Source: Crocinitomicaceae bacterium | Lineage (GTDB): Bacteria; Bacteroidota; Bacteroidia; Flavobacteriales_D; Crocinitomicaceae | NCBI GenBank assembly: GCA_965247975.1 | Contig: OZ252050.1 | Coordinates: 420,555-484,554 of the forward strand | Length of the DNA stretch: 64,000 nt | Reading direction: 5' to 3' | Shown: in pieces, positions 9,024 to 18,557 of the stretch | How the letters are laid out: every line of letters begins with the position of its first letter | Position numbering within the stretch: position 1 is the first letter of the stretch | Notes under the pieces: generated by a model | Told to the model about the DNA's origin: nothing | What the model saw: the letters and a program-made list of their open reading frames with translations, nothing else | The model's database searches: none | Translations under genes and position numbers: made by a program

Positions 9024-9585
9024 ACCGCAGAGGACACAAAGAGCGCAAAGAATTTTTATTGTTTAAAACCTATTTTGTAATGTAATAGATTCCCTCTGGG
9101 TCCTCCGTGACTTTAGCGGGAAAAAATATTCACTTTTAACCGCAGAGCGCACAAAGAGCGCAAAGAGTTTTTATGGTTTAAAAGCTATTTTGTAATGTAA
9201 TAGATTCCCTCAGGGTGCTCCGTGACCTTGGCGGTAAAAAATATTCACTTTTAACCGCAGAGCGCATAAAGAGCGCAAAGAGTTTTTATGGTTTAAAAGC
9301 TATTTTGTAATGTAATAGATTCCCTCTGGGTCCTCCGTGACCTTGTCGGTAAAAAATATTCACTTTTAACCGCAGAGCGCACAAAGAGCGCAAAGAGTTT
9401 TTATGGTTTAAAAGCTATTTTGTAATGTAATAGATTCCCTCTGGGGCCTCCGTGACCTTGGCGGTAAAAAATATTCACTTTTAACCGCAGAGCGCACAAA
9501 GAGCGCAAAGAGTTACTAATCGTTTAACACCTATTCTTGATTGTATTGGATTCACTCTGCGCCCTCCGTGTTCTTTGCGTTAAAC
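9024..9585. repeat. Tandem array of five 115-bp units, each an imperfect hairpin (REP/BIME-like)
   Basis: ACCGCAGAG recurs at 9024, 9139, 9254, 9369 and 9484; units 2-4 are near-identical and units 1 and 5 diverged. Confidence 0.92.
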
Positions 9586-9637
9586 TGAAAATGCACTCAT
9601 ATAACTCTGACCACCTATGGGAATAAGAACAATTAAC

Positions 9638-10777
9638 TTATGGAATCGCCCAAAACACGATCGGATTATTCGTTTTGTACATTGTCGTTTTTCTGTTTAA
9701 ATTTTTGTCGTTGAATGTTTCAAATTTCGATGTTGACTTCAATGCATCCAACGGCAAAAGTTCGATGTATTCCCTGTTTTTTCCTTGTTCTCTCGTTTCT
9801 AAGTTGTATTCACTTGATAATGGACATTCAATGCGGTACAAGTTTTTCGCCATGTAATAATCCAAGTAAAATTCTTTGCTTGTATTTTCCTGATTGTTCC
9901 AATTAGCAGATGGATTCAAAACCAGCGGTTTTCCATGAACCAATCGATCACGCACTTCTTCTATGCTCAAAAATTGACCATTTTCGTCTTGCACATAAGC
10001 ATCATGTGTTGGGTCGAGGTAAGCCCATTTGGAAAGGGAAGGAACATAAGCAGTGTTAATTACATGACAATCATCAAATTGCGCTTCTTTGGGCATGCAT
10101 GTCGCATAGCGCGATTTAAATCCTAAGGCTAAATAACATTCATTCAAGGTAATTCCCAGTCCTCTGCAATTCAAGCCCCGCGAACCATCTTTGCACGCAG
10201 AAATCATAGCACTGGCATTTTTTGTATCTGGATTTCCATTATTTCCATCGTGGCGCACTTTGTTGTGGAGCCAATGCATGACATTCAATAGTTGTGAAAT
10301 GTCATTTCCATTTCCAGCGATTGAATCTAAGTTGTGTTCTTTGCGCAACGCCACCAACGCTGGATGATTTTTGTCTTGGTAGGTGAATTCAGGAATTTTG
10401 CGTTTGTCCTTGAGATTATATGTACCTGCATTTTTTAATCGCGCCAAATAATCGATGACTTCCACAAATTCGACACGGGTATTGAAAGTATCTTTTTCGT
10501 TGTAGATCACAATGAAATCAACAATGGGTTTCTTTTTCGTCACAGCTACTTTGAGCGTATCGAGGTCTGTGCAAAACCAAACTTCTTTGTCACCAGTTTT
10601 GTAAGTGTCTGGGTTTAGTCCTGGTGTGAGCGTCCAAGTAGATTCATTGCCTGGATTGTTAAAGTCAATGAACTTAAAAGTCATGACATCTGATCGCAAC
10701 ACAATTTTATGTTTCTTAGATTGCGAAAATCCAAGAGTTGCGGATATAAGAAAAGAAGCAAGTAAAGTAAATTTCAT
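9638..10777 (-). CDS. Exported transglutaminase-like domain protein
   Basis: Signal peptide; Cys-His-Asp triad motifs LNCRG, DCHVIN, YLDPT. Confidence 0.75.
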   Translation of the reverse strand: MKFTLLASFLISATLGFSQSKKHKIVLRSDVMTFKFIDFNNPGNESTWTLTPGLNPDTYKTGDKEVWFCTDLDTLKVAVTKKKPIVDFIVIYNEKDTFNTRVEFVEVIDYLARLKNAGTYNLKDKRKIPEFTYQDKNHPALVALRKEHNLDSIAGNGNDISQLLNVMHWLHNKVRHDGNNGNPDTKNASAMISACKDGSRGLNCRGLGITLNECYLALGFKSRYATCMPKEAQFDDCHVINTAYVPSLSKWAYLDPTHDAYVQDENGQFLSIEEVRDRLVHGKPLVLNPSANWNNQENTSKEFYLDYYMAKNLYRIECPLSSEYNLETREQGKNREYIELLPLDALKSTSKFETFNDKNLNRKTTMYKTNNPIVFWAIP

Positions 10778-10909
10778 AGCGCCATGATTCGTGATGTACT
10801 AAATTTAACTAAATAGTGTAATGACATGCGATTTGGTTACATGATTTGTTAAAAATTAATCTGAATTAGAAAAATACAATTATTTCAGCTGGTTTTATGA
10901 AAAAATGTG

Positions 10910-10917
10910 TATCTTTG
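10910..10917 (+). promoter_or_regulatory. Bacteroidota -7 promoter element upstream of tRNA-fMet
   Basis: TATCTTTG matches TAnnTTTG. Confidence 0.6.
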
Positions 10918-11004
10918 CAAACGCATTTGACAAACGAGTCGTTAAAAATGCACTTTTTCCAAGCTTGGAAAATATTAGATTTAAAAAAAGCAATAAACAT
11001 ATAT

Positions 11005-11080
<76 letters not shown>

Positions 11081-11083
11081 TTG

Positions 11084-11113
11084 AAAGGATAGTCAATTTG
11101 GCTATCCTTTTTT
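11084..11113 (+). terminator. Rho-independent terminator of tRNA-fMet, also the left copy of the island direct repeat
   Basis: AAAGGATAGTC-AATTT-GGCTATCCTTT followed by a T run. Confidence 0.75.
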
Positions 11114-11217
11114 CGTATATACTGAATTTTGGCTTCATTTCGAACCTGGTTATTTGAAGTTAAAGTGCTTCTCTATACAATTATCATTTTTCAAGAACTG
11201 GTCAATATTTCATGTAA

Positions 11218-13512
11218 TTACTTCATTTCAGGCAAATACCATTCTACAAGATCTTTAATGTGTTTAGGTGCAATTGCGATTGTTTCTAGAAACGAAATTT
11301 GATTCTCGTTAATTTCTTGAACATAAACTGCAATTTCTTTGACTGATTCTGACGGAAAACCGTATCTTAATAAAAGAATGTATAAACTATTATTAGTGCC
11401 ATATTTGAAAAGTTCAACGAATCTGTTCGCTCTTGGGTCATGTCGATGTTCATAATAGATTTGAAATGCAGCGATTAATGTGTCTGAAATCGAAAAGGAA
11501 AGAACCTGATCAGAATAGTCATAAGTGTCGTACATTACGGCATCGTAACTCACTTTTTCTTTTAGGGTTTCTGCTTTGAAAAGACTAAACTTCTTCTCTA
11601 AACTACTATCGGGTAATTTATTTGCTGGTTGAGAAAACTTTGCATAAATCGCAAGTTTGTCATCCCTTCCTGAGATAAAACTATAACGTATCCCGACTAT
11701 TTCGCTAAATGATCTACCTTGTGCAATATGAAAAAAAATATCAATCGCTTGATAAAAAACACTTGTCTCACCTAGAAGTAATTCTCGTCCTAACGATGCT
11801 TCAAAAATTCTTTTTAATGAATATTTAGCCTGATCTCGTTTTTCCTTATTGTCACTACCTCCAATACTTCTCCCTAAATCGTCAGGATACCTGTAAAAAA
11901 TATTCAAGAACTGCTCTGCATCTAATAAAACTAGTGGATGAGATAATCGATCTACTTTTTTTTGAGGAACATTTTTTTCATCGTTAAAAGTATCATTTTG
12001 AATAGATTCTATAAATTCTTTTTCATCATTCTCGTGAACTCCAGTTGGAGGGTTTTCCAGAAGAGACTCCTCATTGAGAGAGAAAGGTGTTTTTATTCTT
12101 TCTGAGAAAAGCTTAGCGCTGGTTGTAAAAACGTATCCATAATCAAATATCTTGTTGTTGGTCAACCTACCTGCTCGACCGATCAAATTTTTAAATGCCA
12201 AAGCTCTTTCAGAATTGGTTCCAGCAAAAAATCTGTTATTATGCAACCACACAATATCGAAAGGCATATTTACTCCTTGCGCTAAGGTACTTGTTGCAAA
12301 ACAGAGAGAAGAAAAACCTTTCCGAATAAAGGCTTCAATCAAAAAACGAACTTCTAGCGGAATGGATCCATGATGGATTACAACACCCTTATTCAACAAT
12401 TCTATCAAGTAAGATGAATGTCCTGGTTTATCGGCACCAATGATATGCTTAATAGTTTCAATTATTTCTATAGCTTCTGGATCTTCTATAGTGGCTAGTC
12501 CCGAAATGTATTGTTGAAAATCATCTCTGAAAGATCCATTATAAATCGAGTTCTTTGAAACATAAACTAAAATGGAGTGATCACCACTTAAAGCAAATGC
12601 TTTGAAATCACTTCCAAATTCGATGCTGTTTTTTTTATTATATCCTTTTTCCAGATAAGGAGAAAAATAGTAATAACCGCCCCAGTTTTCTTGCACGCAA
12701 ATTCTTCCTACAGCTCCATGATTATAAGCATGAGCGTATTCATTACCAGTCGACAATCGATGTTTCGAAAATTGTGCTTCAGGGTTCTCTATAAACGGAT
12801 GAGCAAATATAATTTTAGCATTGGGAAAATTTTTCTTTACTCTTCTTACAGTAACATCGAAAATAACTCCTCGTGTAACTTCTTCAGAAATTTGAGCTTC
12901 GTCAAAGAAGAAGGTTTTGATGTTCATTATATCTTTGAATTGATATAGATCTTTTGATCTCTCTGGCGTAAGAATAAATATTCGCCGTAATTGCCTGCTA
13001 GTATAAATTACGTCAACAAATGAAGTTATCATTACGTTCTTATCACCGTCGAACTTACTCCTCATAGAATTAACATACTCTGCAATAAGAGCCCTTGAGG
13101 GAACAACGATCACGGCATCGCCAGAGTCTTCCGCAATAAAGTCGCGTATAGAATAAGATTTACCAGCACTGGTTGGCGCAGAAATTGAGATATGTTGCAC
13201 ATCATCTATTGCACGTCTTATGCTGGCTTGCACAGGAGTTAAAACTGCATTGTACTTTTCCTCGTGAGTTTGGCCAAAACCCTGCATCAAAAATGAATAC
13301 AAATTGTTCGGAGATTGAATTTTATAGAACAGTCCTAAAGCTGAAATTATTTTTTCTTCAAATAATTCAAAGGATTTAGGATGGAATTCTTTTATATAAC
13401 TTAATTTCTCCAGTATAATTGCATCTTTTGGTCCTTCACGATGAATCAAGTCTAAAACTTTTGACAATTCATCTTCTATGTTTTCGGATTGTTTAACTTC
13501 CTGAATTGTCAT
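11218..13512 (-). CDS. hamB: Ski2-like SF2 DEAD/DEAH helicase, Hachiman HamB-like
   Basis: SAPTSAGKS (Walker A), FFDEAQ, HHGSIP, ATSTLAQGVNMP, LIGRAGR; overlaps the HamA-like gene by 20 bp. Confidence 0.65.
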   Translation of the reverse strand: MTIQEVKQSENIEDELSKVLDLIHREGPKDAIILEKLSYIKEFHPKSFELFEEKIISALGLFYKIQSPNNLYSFLMQGFGQTHEEKYNAVLTPVQASIRRAIDDVQHISISAPTSAGKSYSIRDFIAEDSGDAVIVVPSRALIAEYVNSMRSKFDGDKNVMITSFVDVIYTSRQLRRIFILTPERSKDLYQFKDIMNIKTFFFDEAQISEEVTRGVIFDVTVRRVKKNFPNAKIIFAHPFIENPEAQFSKHRLSTGNEYAHAYNHGAVGRICVQENWGGYYYFSPYLEKGYNKKNSIEFGSDFKAFALSGDHSILVYVSKNSIYNGSFRDDFQQYISGLATIEDPEAIEIIETIKHIIGADKPGHSSYLIELLNKGVVIHHGSIPLEVRFLIEAFIRKGFSSLCFATSTLAQGVNMPFDIVWLHNNRFFAGTNSERALAFKNLIGRAGRLTNNKIFDYGYVFTTSAKLFSERIKTPFSLNEESLLENPPTGVHENDEKEFIESIQNDTFNDEKNVPQKKVDRLSHPLVLLDAEQFLNIFYRYPDDLGRSIGGSDNKEKRDQAKYSLKRIFEASLGRELLLGETSVFYQAIDIFFHIAQGRSFSEIVGIRYSFISGRDDKLAIYAKFSQPANKLPDSSLEKKFSLFKAETLKEKVSYDAVMYDTYDYSDQVLSFSISDTLIAAFQIYYEHRHDPRANRFVELFKYGTNNSLYILLLRYGFPSESVKEIAVYVQEINENQISFLETIAIAPKHIKDLVEWYLPEMK

Positions 13513-14266
13513 AACTCACACCAACTATATAAATATTTTTTGCCTTTTTTAGATTCTCATAAATTAGTGTATTCTCAAGAGCACGAGTTAGAATCAACAA
13601 AGGATTCTTTGCATTTATCGAGAATCCTAATACGATTCCGAAAATATCATTGTCAAGATTAGATGCTTCAGTTTCTCCTGCTATTGATCCTAGATGAACA
13701 TTATCCATTAAATGCTTAGCATCTTCAATAAATTTGTCTGCTTGTCCTCCTGCGCCAGAAGTATCTCCTGAATTGCCTCCATAAGGGTTGGACGAACTTG
13801 AAAACTTCGCTTCACCGAAATTAACTATTTTTCCTTTACATATTGTATGAAAATCAAACCCTTCATTCTGCGATAAATTGGGTTTCCAAAGCTCCGCTAA
13901 TGGCAATGAACGATGTTCAAAAACAACCTCTAAGGCTTTAGCCGATCCCATTGAAACCATCAATTCGCCAAACTCGCTTTTTACATTCTCTTTATCAGTC
14001 AAATTTCCTTTAAAAATTCTAACTAATTTTTTTGCCGTACGCCCTGCAGTATCTTCATAAGCACGTCGAGCTCTTTGATCCAAGTCAATTATCCAAGATT
14101 TATCTGTTACTCGACTTGCAAGTTTATTTGCAATTTGTTGCAAATCCCATATATTAGCATGGCAAACAAAGATGTTTTCAGCATCTGAATTTGATTCAAT
14201 TAATGAAAAAGTTGCACCCCAAGATTTTTCGTTAAAATTTTCGCGATAGTTTAATGATGCAGGCAT
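13493..14266 (-). CDS. hamA: PD-(D/E)xK nuclease, Hachiman HamA (DUF1837)-like
   Basis: KSEFGEL, EGFDFH and FGEAKF motifs; directly upstream of a Ski2-like helicase. Confidence 0.62.
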   Translation of the reverse strand: MPASLNYRENFNEKSWGATFSLIESNSDAENIFVCHANIWDLQQIANKLASRVTDKSWIIDLDQRARRAYEDTAGRTAKKLVRIFKGNLTDKENVKSEFGELMVSMGSAKALEVVFEHRSLPLAELWKPNLSQNEGFDFHTICKGKIVNFGEAKFSSSSNPYGGNSGDTSGAGGQADKFIEDAKHLMDNVHLGSIAGETEASNLDNDIFGIVLGFSINAKNPLLILTRALENTLIYENLKKAKNIYIVGVSYDNSGS

Positions 14267-14393
14267 AATTGCCGGTTTTTTTGGTTTGTGTCTAAAGATA
14301 GTAATAAATGTGGAATAAACTTAACTTATTTCAGCTTAAAAAAAGAGCAAGGTAAGTTTATTTTATATATATTCGTCTCAATTTCAATCTACT

Positions 14394-15899
14394 ATGGAAA
14401 AAAGACTCCTTCTATTCAAATCTCTTTTAGTTCTAGCTGTTTTTACGCTATGGTCTCATTTATCAGTGGCTCAATTTTATATTGACATTCATGATCCAGC
14501 ATTTAATAATTATCCAACTTATTTGATAAGCTTTGTTTCCTACCCTTCCGAGGGTATAGGTTCTCCCGGACATACGTTTGTTGTTTGGGAAAGAGAAACT
14601 GAGAACGGCCCTATTACAATAGCTAAATTTGGTTTTTGGCCTGGCAATGGCCCAAATTCAAAGGGAAGAGGGATTTTTTATGATTTTCAGCCAGGTCAAA
14701 TTCAACCAGAATCTGACGAAAGTATGAAAAAAGTTGATCAGACTATAACATTTCGTGTTGATCTCAAACAATTTGAAAGTAGTTTCAAAAAGAAAGAAGA
14801 ATGGCAGAAAAAGCCTCCTGCATACACTGGATTGAACATCAATTGCATTGCATTCATCCAAGATGTTGGATTAAGCATAGGTGTTTATTTGCCAGAGAGA
14901 ACCATTACGACATTAATGCCTGAACCATATTTAAATTTTGTTGCAAAAACTTTAGCAGAAAGAAAACTCTATCTAGAAAATGGATCAGAAATTACGTCCA
15001 AAAATGATGGATCATATACTAATGGTAGGATGTACAATCATGCTTCAGGTGGCCGTTATTTTGTCGGTTCTAAAAGCGAAGTTGATTTTGGTATTATGGT
15101 CACCACCACTTATAGTATTTTTGATAGAATTGAATCCATTCGTAAAGAATACATTAATGGAGAAGTATTTTATCAAGAGTTTTATTCAGATGGAACAAAT
15201 TCATCTTTTTATCGCTATCAAAATGGAAATCTATTATTTGGTTACGACCCAAACAAGACTATTCAAAGTGGATATATTCAAACTCCAAAAGGAGATATTT
15301 ATCTTGGCGAATCAATAAATGGAATTGTCAATGGAAAAGCTAGTTTATGGGAGAATAATGGAACAAAGTACTCCTATGCTAATTTTAAAAATGGTGTTTT
15401 AATAGACTTTCTTGAAACAAATTTCAATGGTTTCAAATATTATGGCAGTTTTGAAAATGGTTTACCCTCAGGAAATGCCAAAATGGTTTTTCCAAATGGT
15501 GACGAATATACTGGCGGATTTTTCAATGGGAATTTTCAAGGACCAGGCACTTATGCTTTCTATAATGGAAGTAAAATTGTTGGATACTTCAATGTTGGGA
15601 GATGTTTGTCAGGTAGACATACATTGAAAGATGGCAGGTTTTGCATTATTGAATCGGGACCAACGGGCCTACCTTTGGAGCCAAGATGGTACGACCTAAA
15701 CGGCAATATGATTAACAAAGATCAAGTTGAGAGAGAGATTAGAGGAGCAGATCGCATAGATTTTGTAAAGGTGTTGAGGAATGAAATGGATTTTAACGAG
15801 GGGAAACACTCAATTTCTATTATTGACAAAGAAGGAAATCTGATCAACATCGAAGGGCCATGTATTAAAGGTGGCTTAGATTTTGGGCTTGAAAAGTAA
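14394..15899 (+). CDS. Exported protein with a putative permuted papain-fold domain and C-terminal MORN repeats
   Basis: Signal peptide; PGHTFVVW...FGFWP...YTGLNINCIAF (His before Cys); YYGSFENGLPSGNAKMVFPNGDEYTGGFFNG MORN repeats. Confidence 0.6.
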   Translation: MEKRLLLFKSLLVLAVFTLWSHLSVAQFYIDIHDPAFNNYPTYLISFVSYPSEGIGSPGHTFVVWERETENGPITIAKFGFWPGNGPNSKGRGIFYDFQPGQIQPESDESMKKVDQTITFRVDLKQFESSFKKKEEWQKKPPAYTGLNINCIAFIQDVGLSIGVYLPERTITTLMPEPYLNFVAKTLAERKLYLENGSEITSKNDGSYTNGRMYNHASGGRYFVGSKSEVDFGIMVTTTYSIFDRIESIRKEYINGEVFYQEFYSDGTNSSFYRYQNGNLLFGYDPNKTIQSGYIQTPKGDIYLGESINGIVNGKASLWENNGTKYSYANFKNGVLIDFLETNFNGFKYYGSFENGLPSGNAKMVFPNGDEYTGGFFNGNFQGPGTYAFYNGSKIVGYFNVGRCLSGRHTLKDGRFCIIESGPTGLPLEPRWYDLNGNMINKDQVEREIRGADRIDFVKVLRNEMDFNEGKHSISIIDKEGNLINIEGPCIKGGLDFGLEK

Positions 15900-16001
15900 G
15901 AAATTACCTTCGAAAAAGTTTAATTAGACTCAAACAGCTTCGAATTTAATAACCAAGAAATAACTAAATTGCATCATAAAAAGGAAAATATGCCTTATAA
16001 A

Positions 16002-16340
16002 ATGATGAATGTTTTATTTTTTTTAGTCTGCCTTACGACTTGTTTACAAAGCCATTCTCAGAGTTTTAAAGTGGACTCTATTCTGATTAACAACGTTAAT
16101 TAACATTGGGTTGACTCTTCTACCGTTCGTAAAATTCATGTTACAAAGCTTGAAAATCCTAAAGATAGCTGCATTCCGTTCAATGCGGCTTACGCTATTT
16201 CCATCAAAATAGATTCTTTTTTCCTTATAAACAAACCCAAGGTCGAGCTTGTGTATTACGAATGGATCAATAAGTACACTTGGAAGGTTTCATCTAATTC
16301 ATTTGAATTTAAGGGGTCTTTATATTACTTCAGGCAATAA
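16002..16340 (+). pseudogene. Decayed small secreted-protein gene
   Basis: MMNVLFFLVCLTTCLQSHSQ signal-like start; in-frame TAA at 16101-16103; the same frame continues 78 codons to TAA at 16338-16340. Confidence 0.4.
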
Positions 16341-16661
16341 GGCAGTCCAGAAAACGAGGTATTTGTGGGTAGATCAAAGTGGTAAAATAAAGTGGTATAG
16401 GAGAGAGCGAAAAGTGTACAAAGGGGTTATTTGTTATTAGGTGTTGCGAGTTTTATTCTGATCTTTTAAAGATTTTTGGAATATACATTTTGGTAATTAT
16501 TATCGATTATCACCACTCTTTGCATCTTATAAGATATTAGCGGATATCGGTGGTTGTCAATCTCGTGTTGAAACGATAGTCAGTTTGGCTGTCCTTTTTT
16601 TGTGCAGAATATTAATGTTGACGTCTTTTATTCCCTACCTTTACACCTCAATTATAATCTC

Positions 16662-17528
16662 GTGCAAAACAGACTTAAATTTATTCTTTTTGGGTTGATC
16701 TTCTTGCAATTTACTACTGCGAACGCCCAACTCGTCAAAGACAATTACTATCGCAAAGGCAATTTTTTTCTGTATTGGGGCTGGAACAGAGCTGCTTATT
16801 CCAAGAGCAACATTACATTCCAAGGAAATGACTATAATTTCACACTCGATGATGTGGTTGCAAAGGATCGACAGTCGGCCTTTGATGCACGTTTGTATTT
16901 TAATCCAAAGACAATTACTATTCCGCAATACAATTTTAGAATTGGTTATTTTTTTCACGACCATTACAACATTTCTTTTGGGGCAGATCACATGAAATAC
17001 GTGATGCAGGCGTTTCAAACAGTAAAAATAAATGGTTCGATTGCGAATTCAGGTACAGCGTATGATGGAGAATATGCCGACGATGACATTGTGTTAGCGA
17101 AGGATTTCTTGCAATTTGAACATACAGATGGCTTGAATTACGAAAACATTGAAGTGAGAAGGTTTGATGTTTTGTTAGGTCGAAAAAATATCAGTTTGGC
17201 AGCAAATGAAGGAATTGGAATCGGGTTTTTATTGCCGCGTACCAACACAACTTTATTGAATAATCCAAGATACGATGAATTTCACCTCGCTGGCTACGGG
17301 TTGGGAGGAGTACTTTCATTGAATTTAACGTTGTTCAAGTACTTTTTCATTCAATCTGAATGGAAAGGAGGATTTATTCACATGCCCGACATTCGCACCA
17401 CCATGAACAAATCCGATAAAGCAAGTCAGCATTTTTTCTTTTCGCAGTACAACATGGTTTTTGGATTTAATTTTCGATTTAACGGAAAAAACGCCAAAAC
17501 CAAAGAAGTGAAACCAGTTCAGAATTAG
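16662..17528 (+). CDS. Outer-membrane beta-barrel-like protein
   Basis: Probable GTG start at 16662 giving the signal peptide MQNRLKFILFGLIFLQFTTANAQ; amphipathic strands ending ...VFGFNFRF; the ORF-track start at 16602 lies at the repeat boundary. Confidence 0.65.
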   Translation: MQNRLKFILFGLIFLQFTTANAQLVKDNYYRKGNFFLYWGWNRAAYSKSNITFQGNDYNFTLDDVVAKDRQSAFDARLYFNPKTITIPQYNFRIGYFFHDHYNISFGADHMKYVMQAFQTVKINGSIANSGTAYDGEYADDDIVLAKDFLQFEHTDGLNYENIEVRRFDVLLGRKNISLAANEGIGIGFLLPRTNTTLLNNPRYDEFHLAGYGLGGVLSLNLTLFKYFFIQSEWKGGFIHMPDIRTTMNKSDKASQHFFFSQYNMVFGFNFRFNGKNAKTKEVKPVQN

Positions 17529-17594
17529 GGTCTTATTGCATATTCCTTGCTTTGCCACTTTAAATTTCGTTTCTTTGCAAAATATTTCAGTTAA

Positions 17595-18470
17595 ATGGCA
17601 CACAAATCTGGTTTCGTGAATATTGTTGGTAGTCCAAATGTTGGGAAATCCACATTGATGAACCAATTGGTAGGTGAGAAAATTTCTATCGTCACCTCAA
17701 AAGCACAAACAACACGTCACCGAATCCTAGGAATCGTCAATGATGAGAATTACCAAGTCGTGTTTTCGGATACTCCAGGTGTTGTGAATGCCGCATACAA
17801 AATGCATGAAGTAATGATGGATTATGTGAATATGTCAATCAAAGATGCGGATGTGCTTTTGTTTATCACAGACACAAAAGAAAATGAAATGAACCACAAG
17901 GAAACGCTCGAACGCATTCAGCGCTTGAACATTCCGGTGTTTTGTTTGATTAATAAAATTGATCTCAGCAATCAAGCTGAAGTGATGAGTCGCATTGCGT
18001 ATTGGCAAGAAAAACTTCCAAAAGCAATCGTTTTCCCTATTTCAGCATTACATGGTTTTAGCATTCCGCAAGTGTGGGAGCAAATTTTGGAGTTAATTCC
18101 AGAATCGCCAGCTTACTACGACAAAGAAGATATTTCTGATCGACCAATGCGTTTTTTCATTTCAGAAATGGTGCGGGAAAAGATCTTTATTCATTGCCAA
18201 AAGGAGGTTCCTTATTCATGTCAAGTTGAAATTGAAGAATACAAAGAAGAACCAAATTTGACGCGCATTCGTGTGCTGATCATCGTAGAAAGAGATTCTC
18301 AAAAAGGAATTATCATTGGAAAAGGCGGCGAAATGTTGAAACGCATCGGGCGTGAATCACGTCAGGATATTGAGAAATTTATTGAGAAAAAAGTGTTCAT
18401 GGAAACCTTCGTAAAAGTCGATAAAGACTGGAGAGGATCAGAGCAAAAATTAAAGAAATACGGGTATTAA
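17595..18470 (+). CDS. era: GTPase Era
   Basis: [25 protein letters not shown] and a C-terminal KH domain. Confidence 0.97.
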   Translation: MAHKSGFVNIVGSPNVGKSTLMNQLVGEKISIVTSKAQTTRHRILGIVNDENYQVVFSDTPGVVNAAYKMHEVMMDYVNMSIKDADVLLFITDTKENEMNHKETLERIQRLNIPVFCLINKIDLSNQAEVMSRIAYWQEKLPKAIVFPISALHGFSIPQVWEQILELIPESPAYYDKEDISDRPMRFFISEMVREKIFIHCQKEVPYSCQVEIEEYKEEPNLTRIRVLIIVERDSQKGIIIGKGGEMLKRIGRESRQDIEKFIEKKVFMETFVKVDKDWRGSEQKLKKYGY

Positions 18471-18550
18471 ATTGGATATTAGATAATGGATGCTGGATAT
18501 TGGACTGCTTGTGTCCAACAGCCAACATCCACTGTCCAACATCAATAATT
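18471..18550. repeat. Heptamer-periodic palindrome between era and der
   Basis: TTGGATA/TTAGATA/ATGGATG/CTGGATA/TTGGAC followed by the complementary GTCCAAC/AGCCAAC/ATCCACT/GTCCAAC. Confidence 0.7.
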
Positions 18551-18557
18551 AAAAGAA

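Larger units (their letters stand above)
11081..16600. mobile_element. Integrase-less genomic islet bounded by 33-bp direct repeats, downstream of tRNA-fMet
   Basis: TTGAAAGGATAGTCAATTTGGCTATCCTTTTTT (11081-11113) versus TTGAAACGATAGTCAGTTTGGCTGTCCTTTTTT (16568-16600), 30/33 identical; defence-type cargo between them. Confidence 0.6.

Noticed and set aside
9024-9585. CRISPR array
   Set aside because: The sequence between the conserved arms is nearly identical in every unit (no unique spacers), the period is 115 bp, and no cas genes are present
11081-16600. Intact prophage, ICE or integrative element
   Set aside because: No integrase, relaxase, transposase or phage genes between the repeats
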